This document shows, in pieces, positions 10,480 to 22,519 of a stretch of 64,000 nucleotides of DNA. Position 1 is the first letter of the stretch. Every line of letters begins with the position of its first letter. The notes beneath the pieces are model-generated. The model was not told where the DNA came from and ran no database searches. It was given only the letters and a program-made list of their open reading frames with translations. Source of the stretch: Lama glama. Taxonomy: Eukaryota. The DNA lies in the NCBI GenBank assembly GCA_028534125.1, contig CM052818.1:5768001-5832000 (forward strand). Direction: 5' to 3'. The translations under genes were made by a program, and so were the position numbers.

Positions 10480-10960
10480 TTCTGCCTGCCCGGCTCTGAT
10501 CTGCCGAGATGGCTCAGCCACAGCAGCTCGACCAGAGGGCTGCAAACCTCACATCCCCAAGCAAAGCTCGCAGCTCGCTCGGCTCGGAGCAGGATTTTTT
10601 TTTTTTTTTCCTCCCTCCAGCTGAAACCTCGCAGAAAACTCCCCCTGCGGTCGACTGGAAAATGAGCTCACCCAAATCTCGGTAGGCAGCCGGGGAGGAG
10701 GGCTCGGCCAATCAGGAGGCGCTCTCGCCAAGGAGGCCTCGCATTGGCTGCGGGGAAAATCAATTATCAAATAATCGATCAGCAGGGAGCTTCGATCTGC
10801 CGGGAACGCAAACTGCCAGTCCGGATTCCCGCCCTGATGGTGGCCAAAAGGCTGACTCCCCCAAAGCAGCCGGCCCCTCGCCCTCATCGCCACCACCCTC
10901 ATCCCACCCCGCCAGCTGCGAACCAACCCTCACCGCAAAGCGGGGGGGGTAGGTAGGGGG
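10480..10960. promoter_or_regulatory. Second promoter-like CpG-rich block with two opposed CCAAT boxes
   Basis: CCAAT 10708-10712, ATTGG 10743-10747, high CpG density. Confidence 0.55.
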
Positions 10961-13900
10961 AAGAGTTTTGAGAAAGATTCGGGGCTCCTATCCGCAGAGG
11001 TTGTTTGGAAAAGATTAGGAGCTCTACAATGTATTGAGGCCAACTCTTAATGGGCAAACTAAAAGAATTTACATCAGTCTGAGAGATAGGACCCAAGTTT
11101 CTGTTAAGTGGGCTTTCGAGGAGCTGGGGACAGAGGGCGAGCATCACAACATAGATCTGAAATCAGGTTCCACAGAGCGCACGTATCTGTCTAAGCGACA
11201 TGTATCGCTTCTTTTCATACTTTGCAGGAGTCAACGCCCAGTTCCCCCTAGTACTGGAATTGCCATAAAGCCGAGCATCTGAGCCTTCCAGTCTCCCGCA
11301 CATCACCCCCGCCCCGACACTGTAGTCGCCCCGTGTGTGCCCGAAGGGCTGACACGTTCGTCCAAAGCCTTCAGATGCGTTTTGCCTTGAGAGACCTCCG
11401 ACTGTTTAAAAAACTCATCCTAGGATCCTTCACCATTTGCATCTCTCTCTTCTCTCTTCCTTTCTCTTTCTCCCCAACGCCTCAAGTTTTAGGATCTTTT
11501 ACTTTTCTCCATCGCAAACAAGTGTAGAGTTTTCTGATACAAACACCCCGACACATCACGCGGGAGGTTTAAGGCAGGCCCGCATGTCAAAGCCGAAGGG
11601 ATCCAGGTGCATTACCAGCGCCTTTATGCCTGACCCACCCCTCCCACCCACCCCCTCTTCCCCAACGTGAACTTGGAAACAGAACTCAGGCCAAGATGGA
11701 ACCTTCCCGTCACAGAGGGCGATTTCTCTGTTTAATTCTCGGGCAGCTGCGCTGGCTGGGGCAGGCATCGCAATCCTCTTCTTATTACAGAGAAGACCGA
11801 ACTGGGCCGGTCTCCTGCGAGCTCTTCCCGGAACCCTAGCGGGCTGCGGCCAGCACCTGAGCGCCTTCCGACGGCTGCTCGTCGCCGAGGTGTGAGCTTT
11901 CTCCTCAGCAGGCCTGCAGGGCATCTGCGCGCGGCTGGCGGTAGTGGGGAACGAAGGGGGAGGGGGCTGAGGGTGGGGGGGGGTGTCAAGCCGAACATCG
12001 ACACGAGCACTGCTACGTTTATGATCCTAAAATGAACTGCGAAGGAAATTGTGTAAGTATAATTTAACCGAGAGAAATTTACTGCGAAATACATTTCAGT
12101 AACCATAGCCTTTAACAGCCCTAGGGGTTCCGGGGCAAAGACTTAGGTAACCGGCTTGGAGTTACCTCAAGTCTGAGGCCACGTTTTCCAGTGTGGAAAA
12201 GGCCAGTTTTGACATTTATATTTCTTTGACAGTAGGATGTATTTTGTATTGGCAATAGAATTGTATTTGTATTCTGGTAAGTCTTCTCTTTTGTTTTCTA
12301 GCAGAGATGGAAAAAGAAGGTTCAAGTAAGTCTCTTCTTTTCAAACACAACCCAAAACTTCAAGCAGTAGGAAGACTATTAGGCTCTTTGACCACTGTCT
12401 AACCGATTACCTTATAAACATACTTTAGATTACCTACACACAAATCTTCCTTAAAGGAAAAGATAGTTTGAGTTTGTGGGCTTAAACTAAACTCTTACTA
12501 GCTTTGAAAAGTGTCTCTTCTTTCCTCCTCCCCGTTCCCATGGATAGCTGTGAACCTGATGCTATCCCTAGGTCTTTATAAGATTAATTCTGAACAATCA
12601 AGAGACTAAAACACTTTTACAATGTAATTACAGTAGTACAAATTGTTTGCCCAAACCTCATTCTGGATAAGAATTTTACAATTAGCAAACAGTTATTACA
12701 GTTGGGGCTTGCTGAGAGAAATTGCACAGAGGACGTCTAGAGTTGCAATGTAGTAGCCATAAAAAAAAAAAACCTCCTTTAGCAGGGCAGCAATTAATCA
12801 TCTATTAATAGGAAAAGGTACAGGGATACTTCTAGGTATCTTGGAAAACTACTACCAATATTTATACCTATAGGCTTATGGCAGAATCTTGCTTTTTAAG
12901 GCAATGGTACGTTTATTTTGTGAAAACCTGGCCTGATGAAGGGCTCTGGCACTTGCCCCTAGCTCTTTCCACATGGGCCTTCCATACTCAGTTTACCCTT
13001 CTCATCCCAGAGCATCTTCCCAAAGATAGAGAAGGAGGACTTTAAAGAGGCAGTCTGGGGCCTAGGTCTCTATTGTTTAGACCCTCTGGCAAAGAGGCAT
13101 TTAAAGCAAATTGTGCCCCTTTAGGCTGTTGCTATAGTCCTCCAGGAGAACTCCCCTCTAGTTTTCTGTTCTCCTATAAGGAACTGTGCCTTTGAAAAGA
13201 TCCATATCCCGAATTAGGCTTTTGTGCTCGAAGTTCACACTGATGAGTCAGCTCCAAAACCCTCAGAAATTAAAAAGGCACCTCTTAAGGTAAAATGTGT
13301 GTGTATTTGCCAGCCCAGAATAAACACAAGCCTGTTAATCAATCGAGTTTGGCAGCTGGGTTCACAGAATGATAAGGGTTTATCATCTGCCACCTAAGTT
13401 TAAGATGCCTGTTAAAATGTTCTGATTGCTCTCGAAGTTGTCCTGGGGTGGGATGGGGGGGGGGTGGAGGCTTACAGTTGGTACTTCAAGAACATCCATT
13501 CTCTGAATCTCACCCCCACATTAGCATTTGCATTTCAAAAAACCGAAATAAGAGGAGGGAAAGACAGTTTAAAGAAAATAGATTTAAAATCTAGTCGAGA
13601 TAATAGAGGAATGCTGGAGATAAGAGCCTGGATGCGATCTGAGAAAGGTACCAAGGAGTCAAAGCTAATGAATGGCTGTGAGAAAAGTGAAATAAACTCT
13701 TTAGAGATCTATAAAAGGGAGAAATAGCTCGGTTAGGTGATATGAAAGGGGGTTAACCGGCAGGATTAGGGAAGACGATAATCAAGTGCCCCAAAGCAAT
13801 CCGGGCTATAAGAACCCGGGGATTTGTTTACTGCATTTTGCTTCAGAAAACAAAGAACGTCTGGGTCCAGTTCAGAAGTCAATGAGAGGTCAGCTGAGAC

Positions 13901-16900
13901 TCTCCAACCATCGCAGGGAAAATACCTAAGTCACTATATTCTGCCTGGGTAACGCAGAAGTGAAGAGAAAAATTTGGGGAGGGGGGGGGATGTTTTCCTT
14001 ACCACTTTTCTATTTCAAATCATTAAAATGCTTTGGTCTCTAGAGGGGGAAAAATTACACTGGTTAACATAATTACTAGCTCTGACATTTTCAGAAGTTA
14101 TAGAGGTCTTTTATTAATTAAATGGAGGGCTTAATAAAATATTCCTAATAAAATTTATGGTTGTCTTAAAACTTTCTAAACAGTGCTATAAATTCTTAAT
14201 AAAATTAACTGGGAAATGAGTTATTAGCCCACACTTTACCTCCCCACCACTTCTACATACGGAGAGTCTGCAGAATGCAAAGGGAAATAGAAGCCTTTTT
14301 AGTAAAATAAAAATATTAGCCCGTCACACATCGCTTTAGAAGAAGCAAAGTCTCAGCTGAGTTACTTCCAATGGTTTCCACCTCCAGTATCCCCCAAAAG
14401 CTATTCACAAAACTTCTAGAAAATTTCTTCCCCTTTTCTATTACATATTATATGTGCATGTATATTTAAGCCCATTTAAACTACTCAAATTTCTGGTCTG
14501 AGTTGTGTATTAAGTTTAATTTAAAAAAATAGAGTCAGCATGCAAAATTCCAATATAGAAGGCTCAGATTGTAAATATTTTCATCTATTAGAAGAAGACA
14601 ATTAAAAATGAAATGCCTTGTGATTTCTCTCAATTTAGTTGCTTTAAAGGTACCTTTTAAATAATAAATTTCCCACTAATATTTCCTTCCAAACTCATTT
14701 CTAACAGTCAGTGCATTGTCTGAAGCAGTGTTTTGTTGAGGAGATAGACAAAACTTTCTTACACAACTATATTTTAAAACTTCGGGGAGTTATCTTAAGT
14801 TTTGAGACACTTCTGTGCTTCACAGATACAACACTGGCTAGCTGGCGGTTTAAAATGAACAGCACACTCAAACACACTCCAAACCAAACAAAACAGCTTT
14901 GGTGGATTGTTCAGTATTTGAAGGCTTGATCTTTTGTGCCGTCTACTGGACAATGGAAAAACTACAGTCTTTATGATTTAAGAAACTTTTCTTGTCCTGT
15001 ATAGGGTGGAGGTGCGGGTGTGACTTGGTGCTGCTAAGTAATAGGAGAGGGCCGCAGGACCCAGCTCAAACTCACAGAACAGGTTTTGTAGTCTAATCAT
15101 GCGTTCAAATCCAAGTTTAGGACATCAAATTAAGCAGAGGCACACCTCAACCACTTGATTAAGGCACAAGGCTAAAACCTACATTTAATACTGCTTTGTA
15201 TGTATATATGTGCAGGGAGTCATCTTGGAAAGAAAAAGAAAGAAAAGATGGTGGGACAAGCCCAGCATCTCTGAAAAAAAAATATATATAGAGAGAGAGA
15301 GATTGCTGCTTGGCTCTGAATGTGAATTTGCTTGATAGTCAAGTTAAATGTATTTAGTGCCTAGGTAATCCAGGGTGTACAAACAAACTTTTGATATTTG
15401 GAACACAACATTGTTCACCAATCAAGAAAAGTACTTTTAGGAGTGAGAGCATGTAATTGGTAACTAGAAACATTTAGTGCAGTTCCTTTTGGGCACTGCT
15501 GGATGAAAACGTGAAAACTTCAGTGTTTTCACTTGGAGACCACATGTGGGAGAAAGTGTGGGTGAAATTCACAGTCAGATGCCTTTATGTAAGAGGCTGC
15601 TTGATGTTCTCTTAAACATTTAAAAATATTGTATACATTTTAGTTATGACTTTAAAAATATTTATAAAGCTCTACCATTATGGAAGCTTTGTGCCAAAAA
15701 AAAATTCATGAAGCTAACTTTGACCTCTGTTTGATATTGACATAATTTCTGAATAATCACAATTACCGTAGAGAACTGATAAATCCCAACACCAACAAAA
15801 TATAGAGAAGTCAAGCTGATTTTAGTTGAAGAGACATAGACGTGGGTACCAGGCTCTTAAAACTGTTCATCTGCTTTTCTGAAGTTAAAGTTCCTTACTG
15901 CATTCAAAAAAAAAAAAAAAAAGCAAAACAAACTCCAGTAGCACAAGACTAGTTGTTAGGGTGCCCTTTAATAAAGACAAAATAGTGAAAAGGAGACCGC
16001 TTTAGAACATTTTATTGATGCATAAATATATTTCAATGATCTACTTCAAATACACATTTTGATATGGCACTATGTCAGAATGACTCTGAAAGTTACATAT
16101 TACATATAGCTATAAATATAGATATGGGTTGACATCGACTACTTAAAGCAGTGAGACTGTTTGCATTGCAGTGTGAAAAGAACAGGATGGCTACAGCTGG
16201 TCTACAGAGATGGTGGTGGTTGTGAGGCATGCAGGTGGTGATGGCTGTGGTGGGTGTCTCTTAAACTTTGGTATAATCAACTGAACTACGAAAGGTTATT
16301 TTATGAGATGCTATTAGGTTCCAGTGGTCCAGAATAAAACAGCAACAACAAGGACCCTACTAACAATAGCTGGAAAACGTAGAAAATTCTAACAGGAACC
16401 AATCCTAAGTATTCACGCGTTTGATATAGTCTTTAGTAGTGGAAGTACTGAGTGCTGGCTTATGTCTCTAGTCACCAAATGAAAACATTTACCTTTGAAG
16501 CAACAGGATGAGCCAGACTGACCATGATTAGCTTCCATGTTGGACTGGATTAAGGGGTATAGTTTGTGAAAACCTTCAGGCAAAAAATCGTACTGATTAT
16601 TCAAAAATAAATATTTTAACATTTCACTGAGTTATCTAATGAATAAGAAAAACATCGAAGGCTTCCTGCAGCTCAGAAAGAATTCTAGTAGCGTGAAAAA
16701 CGCAGAGAAGGAAAGAACAAGAAGAAACTGAAGGATGCCCGCTGAGTAGTTATTCACTTGTGAATATCTGAAAACACTTCCGTGCCCTTATTTAAAAAAT
16801 GAAAAATAAATATCATCTTTTCTTGTCTTTTTTTTTAACTTAACGTCAGACTATGGTGATACTTGCTAAAAAATCATGACATTCCCCCCAGGCGATATAT

Positions 16901-16939
16901 GCAAGAAAGGGCCAATTTGAAAACATAACTAATGAGAGA

Positions 16940-18360
16940 AGTCGACGTATAAGCCGCGAACAAGTCGGTTCACAGTCAAACCCACAGCCCTGAGAGGCTT
17001 CCCTTCTTCCGAGCTCATGGAGGGTAACTTCATTTACTGGCAGATCGGCGGCCACTCCCGGGACTCTGCCGACTGGGTTCTTCCACCGCTGTGCCCTCTG
17101 CGGGGCTGTGCCGTCGCCTGTGCGTGGCGGGGTGCCAGGTCCCGCGGCGCCCCGCCGCGCAGTCCGGTCCCCCGCGCGCCGAGCCACCCCCAGCCCCGGC
17201 CTACCTGCACCCCCCGGGGGGCGGGCTTCCCGAGGCGGGGGGTGGGGGCGGCAGGATACGCTTCCCTGGGTAGGACCCCCCGAATCTGCTCACAGCTGGC
17301 GGGGGGCGCGGGGGCGGCGGGGCTGGGGCGAGGGCAGATTTGGGGGAACGCGTTCCCCGGGGACCCCGAAGATAACCAAGGGTGGGTGAAAAGGTCCCCT
17401 CTCCAGCCAGTGCTCCCCCTCCCGCCATTCTTGATCGCGATCCCTTCTTTGGGGTTCGCCGCAGCCGCCGCCCGAGGGAGGGAGGGAGGGAGGGAGCCAG
17501 GCCTGCGCGGCGCGGGTGGCGGCCCGGGAGCCGGAACGCGGGGACTCGCGGACCCGGACTCGAGGACTCGGGGCGCGGGGCTCTGTCTGCCGGTTCTTGG
17601 GACTGAGAACCCGAGGACGGCTCTCTCCCCATCTGGACTCGGGGACTCGGGCTCACCCCACCGCCCCTTGTCCCCTAGCCTATTCTAGAAGCTTCTCGCC
17701 TCCGTTCCAGGACGGTTCTTCCCCGGGGGTGCCGCCCGTCTCCCGCTCCCTCCTCCGGGGCCAAGTGTGCCCTGCGAGTCTGCGGAGGACGCGGGAGCCT
17801 TCGGGGACCCAGGCCGCCCCCTCGGAGGGGCTGGAACAAGCGCACGTTTGTGGCGGAGGTTATTATTTCAGGTGCGCTAATGGGATTAGCGGCCGCGGGA
17901 GAACCGTGTGGGGATAGATGCGGTTCCTTTTCCCGGTCCCAGCCGCCGCCGGGTGGAAGGAGAGGCACCGGCGGCCTCTCCTCGCAGCACCGCCCTCTCC
18001 GCGCGCCCGGCGCGGCGCTGGCGCTGGCGCTCACACCTCGGAGGGAGGCGGCGGCCCCCGCGCCCTGGGACCGGAGGGCGGGGACGTGGGGCGGGGGGTG
18101 ATGCGGGGTGGGGGGAGGGGGAGGAAAGGGGAGAGGCGCAGAGTGATGGCGACAGAAACAGGGAGAGGAGACAGCGGCAGAAACAGAGAGACAGGGAGAG
18201 CGATCAAGATGGGATCGGATCCAGGCCTGTCCGCCCCCAGGACACAGGCCTCCGCACACCCGCCTCGCCAGGGAGGGAGAAACGCGCACCTCGTTCCCGG
18301 GAGCTGCTCTGTGCTTCCTGGGGAGCTTTATCATAGACTTTTGCATAATTGCGTATTGAC
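16940..18360. promoter_or_regulatory. Upstream CpG island about 8-9.5 kb from the MEIS1 TSS
   Basis: Very GC-rich with dense CpG; only low-complexity Arg/Gly/Pro/Ala-rich ORFs in several frames. Confidence 0.85.
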
Positions 18361-18664
18361 TTTCGTAAATAGTTCCGCAGAGCTATTTGTGCTTCCACTT
18401 GTTCAATCACAAACAATTCCCTTAGGAAAAGGAAAAAGAAAAGTAAGCGTGGGTGGGTGAGAACCAAGGCCAGAGGCAAACAGTGCCACCCCCTTGCAAA
18501 ATGTCCCCTAGGCCATCCCAGAAATAACCGCCCTGTTCTGGGAAGTGCGAGTCGACATCACACATGGGGTGAAGTGATTGCTGGGCATTAGGCCCAATTT
18601 TCTCAGCCCCTTCCCCACTGCAAAGAGCCAGAGACTGTTAGGGCTAAGTCAAGGCATTTAGTTC

Positions 18665-18725
18665 CATTTGCCCACTTCACAGATGAGCAAGCTGAGCCCG
18701 ACAGGGGTCAAGTGACCTATCCAAT
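18665..18725 (-). mobile_element. MIR fragment
   Basis: cccacttcacagatgagcaagctgagccc...gtcaagtgacctatcca resembles the MIR core. Confidence 0.6.
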
Positions 18726-20497
18726 TTCTCCTTTCTATTTTCTGCATATCTCAAAGTATATATATACCCTAATACTTAAAAAAAAATCACGGCTACGGAA
18801 GAAAACTTTCCTACTCTTCTTTACTAAGATCACTGGAGATCAGAGCCTGTGTCTCTTGTCAGAAGCAGCTGTGGGTGAAGCTGATGGTGGTGCGTGAGTG
18901 AATCTGGGGGGCTGGGTGGTGGCTCCTCCCTTCTCCCCTGCCCAGACACTGAGTCCATCACCAAACCCCTTTCAGAGAGCAGCAGGCTGGGAGCGTGCTG
19001 ACCTGTGGAAGACCCCTCCAGGCAGCAGGGAGAAAGAAGTAAGGAGAGTTTGTATTTGGTGGAGATGCTGTGGGGGTCTCATTGGCTTTGCTCTTCTCCA
19101 GCCCACTCCTAGCCCCTCAAACAAACAACCAAACGACACAGGCCCTTCGTATCAGCTTCCTGTGACTGAGTGACCCTAAGCAGAAAACGAGCCCAGGTCA
19201 CCCAGGCATTTACGTGGAGACGGTCAAGGCTTTATTTACCCCAGGATTGAAAACAACATCCCTCTGACTCTGTCTCTCTTCAGCCGCTTGCCTTTTAAGG
19301 ATGTGAGAAGGAGCTTCTTAGAGTCTAAACAGACATCATAACTCTTTGAGACGTTTAGGTTTCAAGTTTACAAAAACAGCACTTTAGCTCTGCTCTCCTG
19401 AACCCCACCTCAACTGAGACCCAGGCTACGAAACCCCTTTATACAGATCCTGTATCTTCTATGGGCAAAATAAATTTTTTGAGTAGTCGTTTCTAATTTT
19501 GGAATATTTTTATTTTTAGCTTCACACTTGGCTCCTAAAACAAATCAGTTACTTATCAGCCTCTCCTCCTCCTTACCTGATTGTTTTTAGCCTTTAATTC
19601 TGAAATTTTTTGTTACCTTGTATTTTGTCTCGATGTGGGTGTTTGGTACGGAAAACCTGCTTGTAGGCTTGGTATCTGCAGCCATCTACATTTATTTTGT
19701 GAAAATTCTGTTAAGTTTACTATGTTTTTCTTTTTTAAACTTACTGAACATTAACAAAAAATAGCGTACGATAACACCCTTTGAGGTTTAAATGTTAGTT
19801 ACGTTCTAGCCTAGCTTTCATGATGAGCTCATTGCATTTTCTTAGACGTTTGTTGATTCGTGTATCTTTTAGTTGAAAGTCTTTTGAGGAGTCCAGACCC
19901 TTGTGATATGCTGGCCTATAAACTGTTTTATTCTCGACTATTTAGCGATTGTAGACTGAAGCGGAAGAATGATTTTGGAAATTGGTTCCATTGAAAAAAG
20001 CTCTTTTGCTAACCAATATTCCCAGCCAAGATTCTGGGCAGTGGCTGTAGGGGAGAGAGGTAGACGGAAGGGTTAGGACACTTGGGTTCAATTTGTAACG
20101 CAGACACGAATGGGCTGATTGCATTTGAAGAAATTAATGACCTGCAAAATGAATTGGTTATATTATTTTCTTCTCTAAGTGTACTTCTTTGGTCCTTGTA
20201 TTTAGTAATTCTGTATTATAAAATCAGACTGAGAGAAAACGTGTAGCTTCATAATGGGCAAAAACGTTTAGTGTCAGGTCATTGCAATAACACATATTTC
20301 ATAGTAAATTTTTTAAAAGGTTGATGTTTTGGAGTTGGGTTGGAGGTTATTCTAAAGCAATGTTTCCCTGCCTTGATTTCAGCCATTTACCCACAACCAT
20401 AGGGTTTTTGCCCTGTTTCAGTGCCTTCTTGTTGTTTTTAAAAAAATAGTCTCAATTAGAATAAAACACATAAATGTATTTTAAAATAAAACTTTAC

Positions 20498-20803
20498 TAA
20501 AAAAAGATACAAATGAACTTTACAAAATAGAAACGGACTCATGAACATAGAAAACAAAATATGGCTACCAAAGGCGAAAAGGATGGAAGGATAAATTAGG
20601 AATTTGAGGTTAGCAGATACACACTACTATATATAAATTAGATAAACAACAAGGTCCTACCGTGTAGCACAGGGAACTACATTCAGTCATTTGTATTAAC
20701 CTATAATGAAAAAGAATATGGAAAAGAATATATATGTATAACTGAATCACTATGCTGTACACCAGAAACACATTGTAAATCAAATATACTTCAGTGAAAA
20801 AAA
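20498..20803 (+). mobile_element. L1 3' end fragment (cetartiodactyl-type)
   Basis: gatacaaatgaac...aaggtcctaccgtgtagcacagggaactac...actgaatcactatgctgtacaccagaaac...A-rich end. Confidence 0.85.
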
Positions 20804-22399
20804 TGAAATGTTATATCATAAGATTTCTTTTGTATTCTTTCTAATGCAAAATACAGTAAATACAATAATAAATTTAAAACATAATAAATTTGCATGGATA
20901 CATGCTCCTAAATCATCTTTACCTCACTTTGGGAAGCAATGGCCAAAGGTCATCTTAAATCTGTCCAATGTGCCATGTTCTAAACAGGTTCTACTTAATA
21001 TATCAGCGTGACCAAATTCTGTTCAACAAATATCACGCCATGAACACAAAGAGGCACTTGGCAAAGAAAGAAGTGAATACTAATGATTAGGGAAGAAAAA
21101 CACTAATTTTTAGGGAAAAAATCACTAATGTCTTGTAATTCAGCTTTGGTATTTTAAGTGTGATTGTATCTTGTAAACCCGTAACTGCAAACTTGTTGAT
21201 TTTGGTGAACTATATGAAGCCCCCATTTTACATGACTACATTTTTAAATGTAATCACTACAATTTTAGACATTAGTAAGGCTCAAATTTTAGATAATAAT
21301 GAGCAATTTTTGAAAAATGTACTCAATTCTACAAAAATGGCAATAATTTCTCATAAAAACCTTCAAAACACTGAAATCTGAAACTCTTGTGCTTTATATT
21401 CCAGGGACGGAAAAAACATAAATGCTTCCACTCTGGACTTTTTTCTTTTTTTTTTCAATTTATTCACTCTCTACTCCCCCCTCTTTTGAGATTCTCCCTA
21501 CAGGGAAATCAAGTGTCAGAAGAATTTCTTAATACCTTCAGGCACTGTAACCTCCAGATACTATTCTTGAAGTTTGAAAATGACAACTTAGGTCTTTGTT
21601 GAAAGGTATTCCTGAAAGAACTAAGTAAACAGAAGGACGTCAAAAGCACAGAATTATTTTTTGTTATCATTTGATTTTGTCTGGGTATTCTTCAGTGTGG
21701 TTTAGAGGTTAAAATACTTAATTCTTTCTCTGCTGGCCAGGCAACTTTTGGAGACACTATCTCTAGTTCTTGGTTTTACATTTGTCTTTTCTTTGTAGAG
21801 TTGCACACTGCATTTGGAGGGCAAGAGGTAATTTACACAGAGATTTCATTTCTTTACGCCTAATAGTGGTTACATGTCTCAGCAAACCAAATGCCATTTG
21901 CTGGAAGCCTTTGTTCTGCTTTGTTTTCCCCTAAATATGGCATTAAGTTAAAATAATAATTTATTGAAACAACATAAACACCTGACCATCTTAAAAACCA
22001 AGGAAAATCAAGACCAAAAAGCATTGCTTAGCACAACCAGAGTGCTTAAGAACTTTAAAACCACAGAGTTGGAAATGGATAGTTAGGGCTCTTTTAATAA
22101 CTGTCATTTTGCTGTGATTCTAAATCAGTACCCCAGCACGATGAAGAGTGTGGTTGAGCTTCAAATGCTCTGGAAACCACTGCTTTGAAGGTTAAACAGC
22201 CATGTTTAAGTTCCCAGCTATACTGTGCTACCAGGAATCCTTGGCAGCCTGGGACCAACCATGCCCCTAACCCAGGAAGAACCAAATGCTCACCGCCAGT
22301 CAGTTCCCGGATTTGTGATTCTGCACCTTGTAGTTACCTTTTAAATTTTTTTTTTCCTGTTTGAGCATTTAACTCTCTTTATTTTTGTATTAAAAAAAA

Positions 22400-22519
22400 T
22401 TGGGGTAGGGGAGGTAATTGAGTTTATTTATTTATTAATTTTTATGGGGGTACTGGGGACAGAACCCAGGACCTCTGACATGCTAAGCAGGCACTCTACT
22501 ACTGAGCTATACCCTCTCC
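22400..22519 (-). mobile_element. tRNA-derived SINE, Vic-1-like
   Basis: Minus strand GGAGAGGGTATAGCTCAGTAGTAGAG...GGTCCTGGGTTCTGTCCCCAGTACC plus A-rich linker and AATTACCTCCCC tail; Pol III A/B boxes. Confidence 0.85.

Noticed and set aside
17017..18460. Many long overlapping ORFs (up to 223 aa) on both strands
   Set aside because: Expected from stop-codon scarcity in a CpG island; low-complexity R/G/P/A peptides with no recognisable domain
18705..18718. GGGTCAagTGACCT, resembling an estrogen response element
   Set aside because: Spacer is 2 rather than 3 and it lies within a MIR relic
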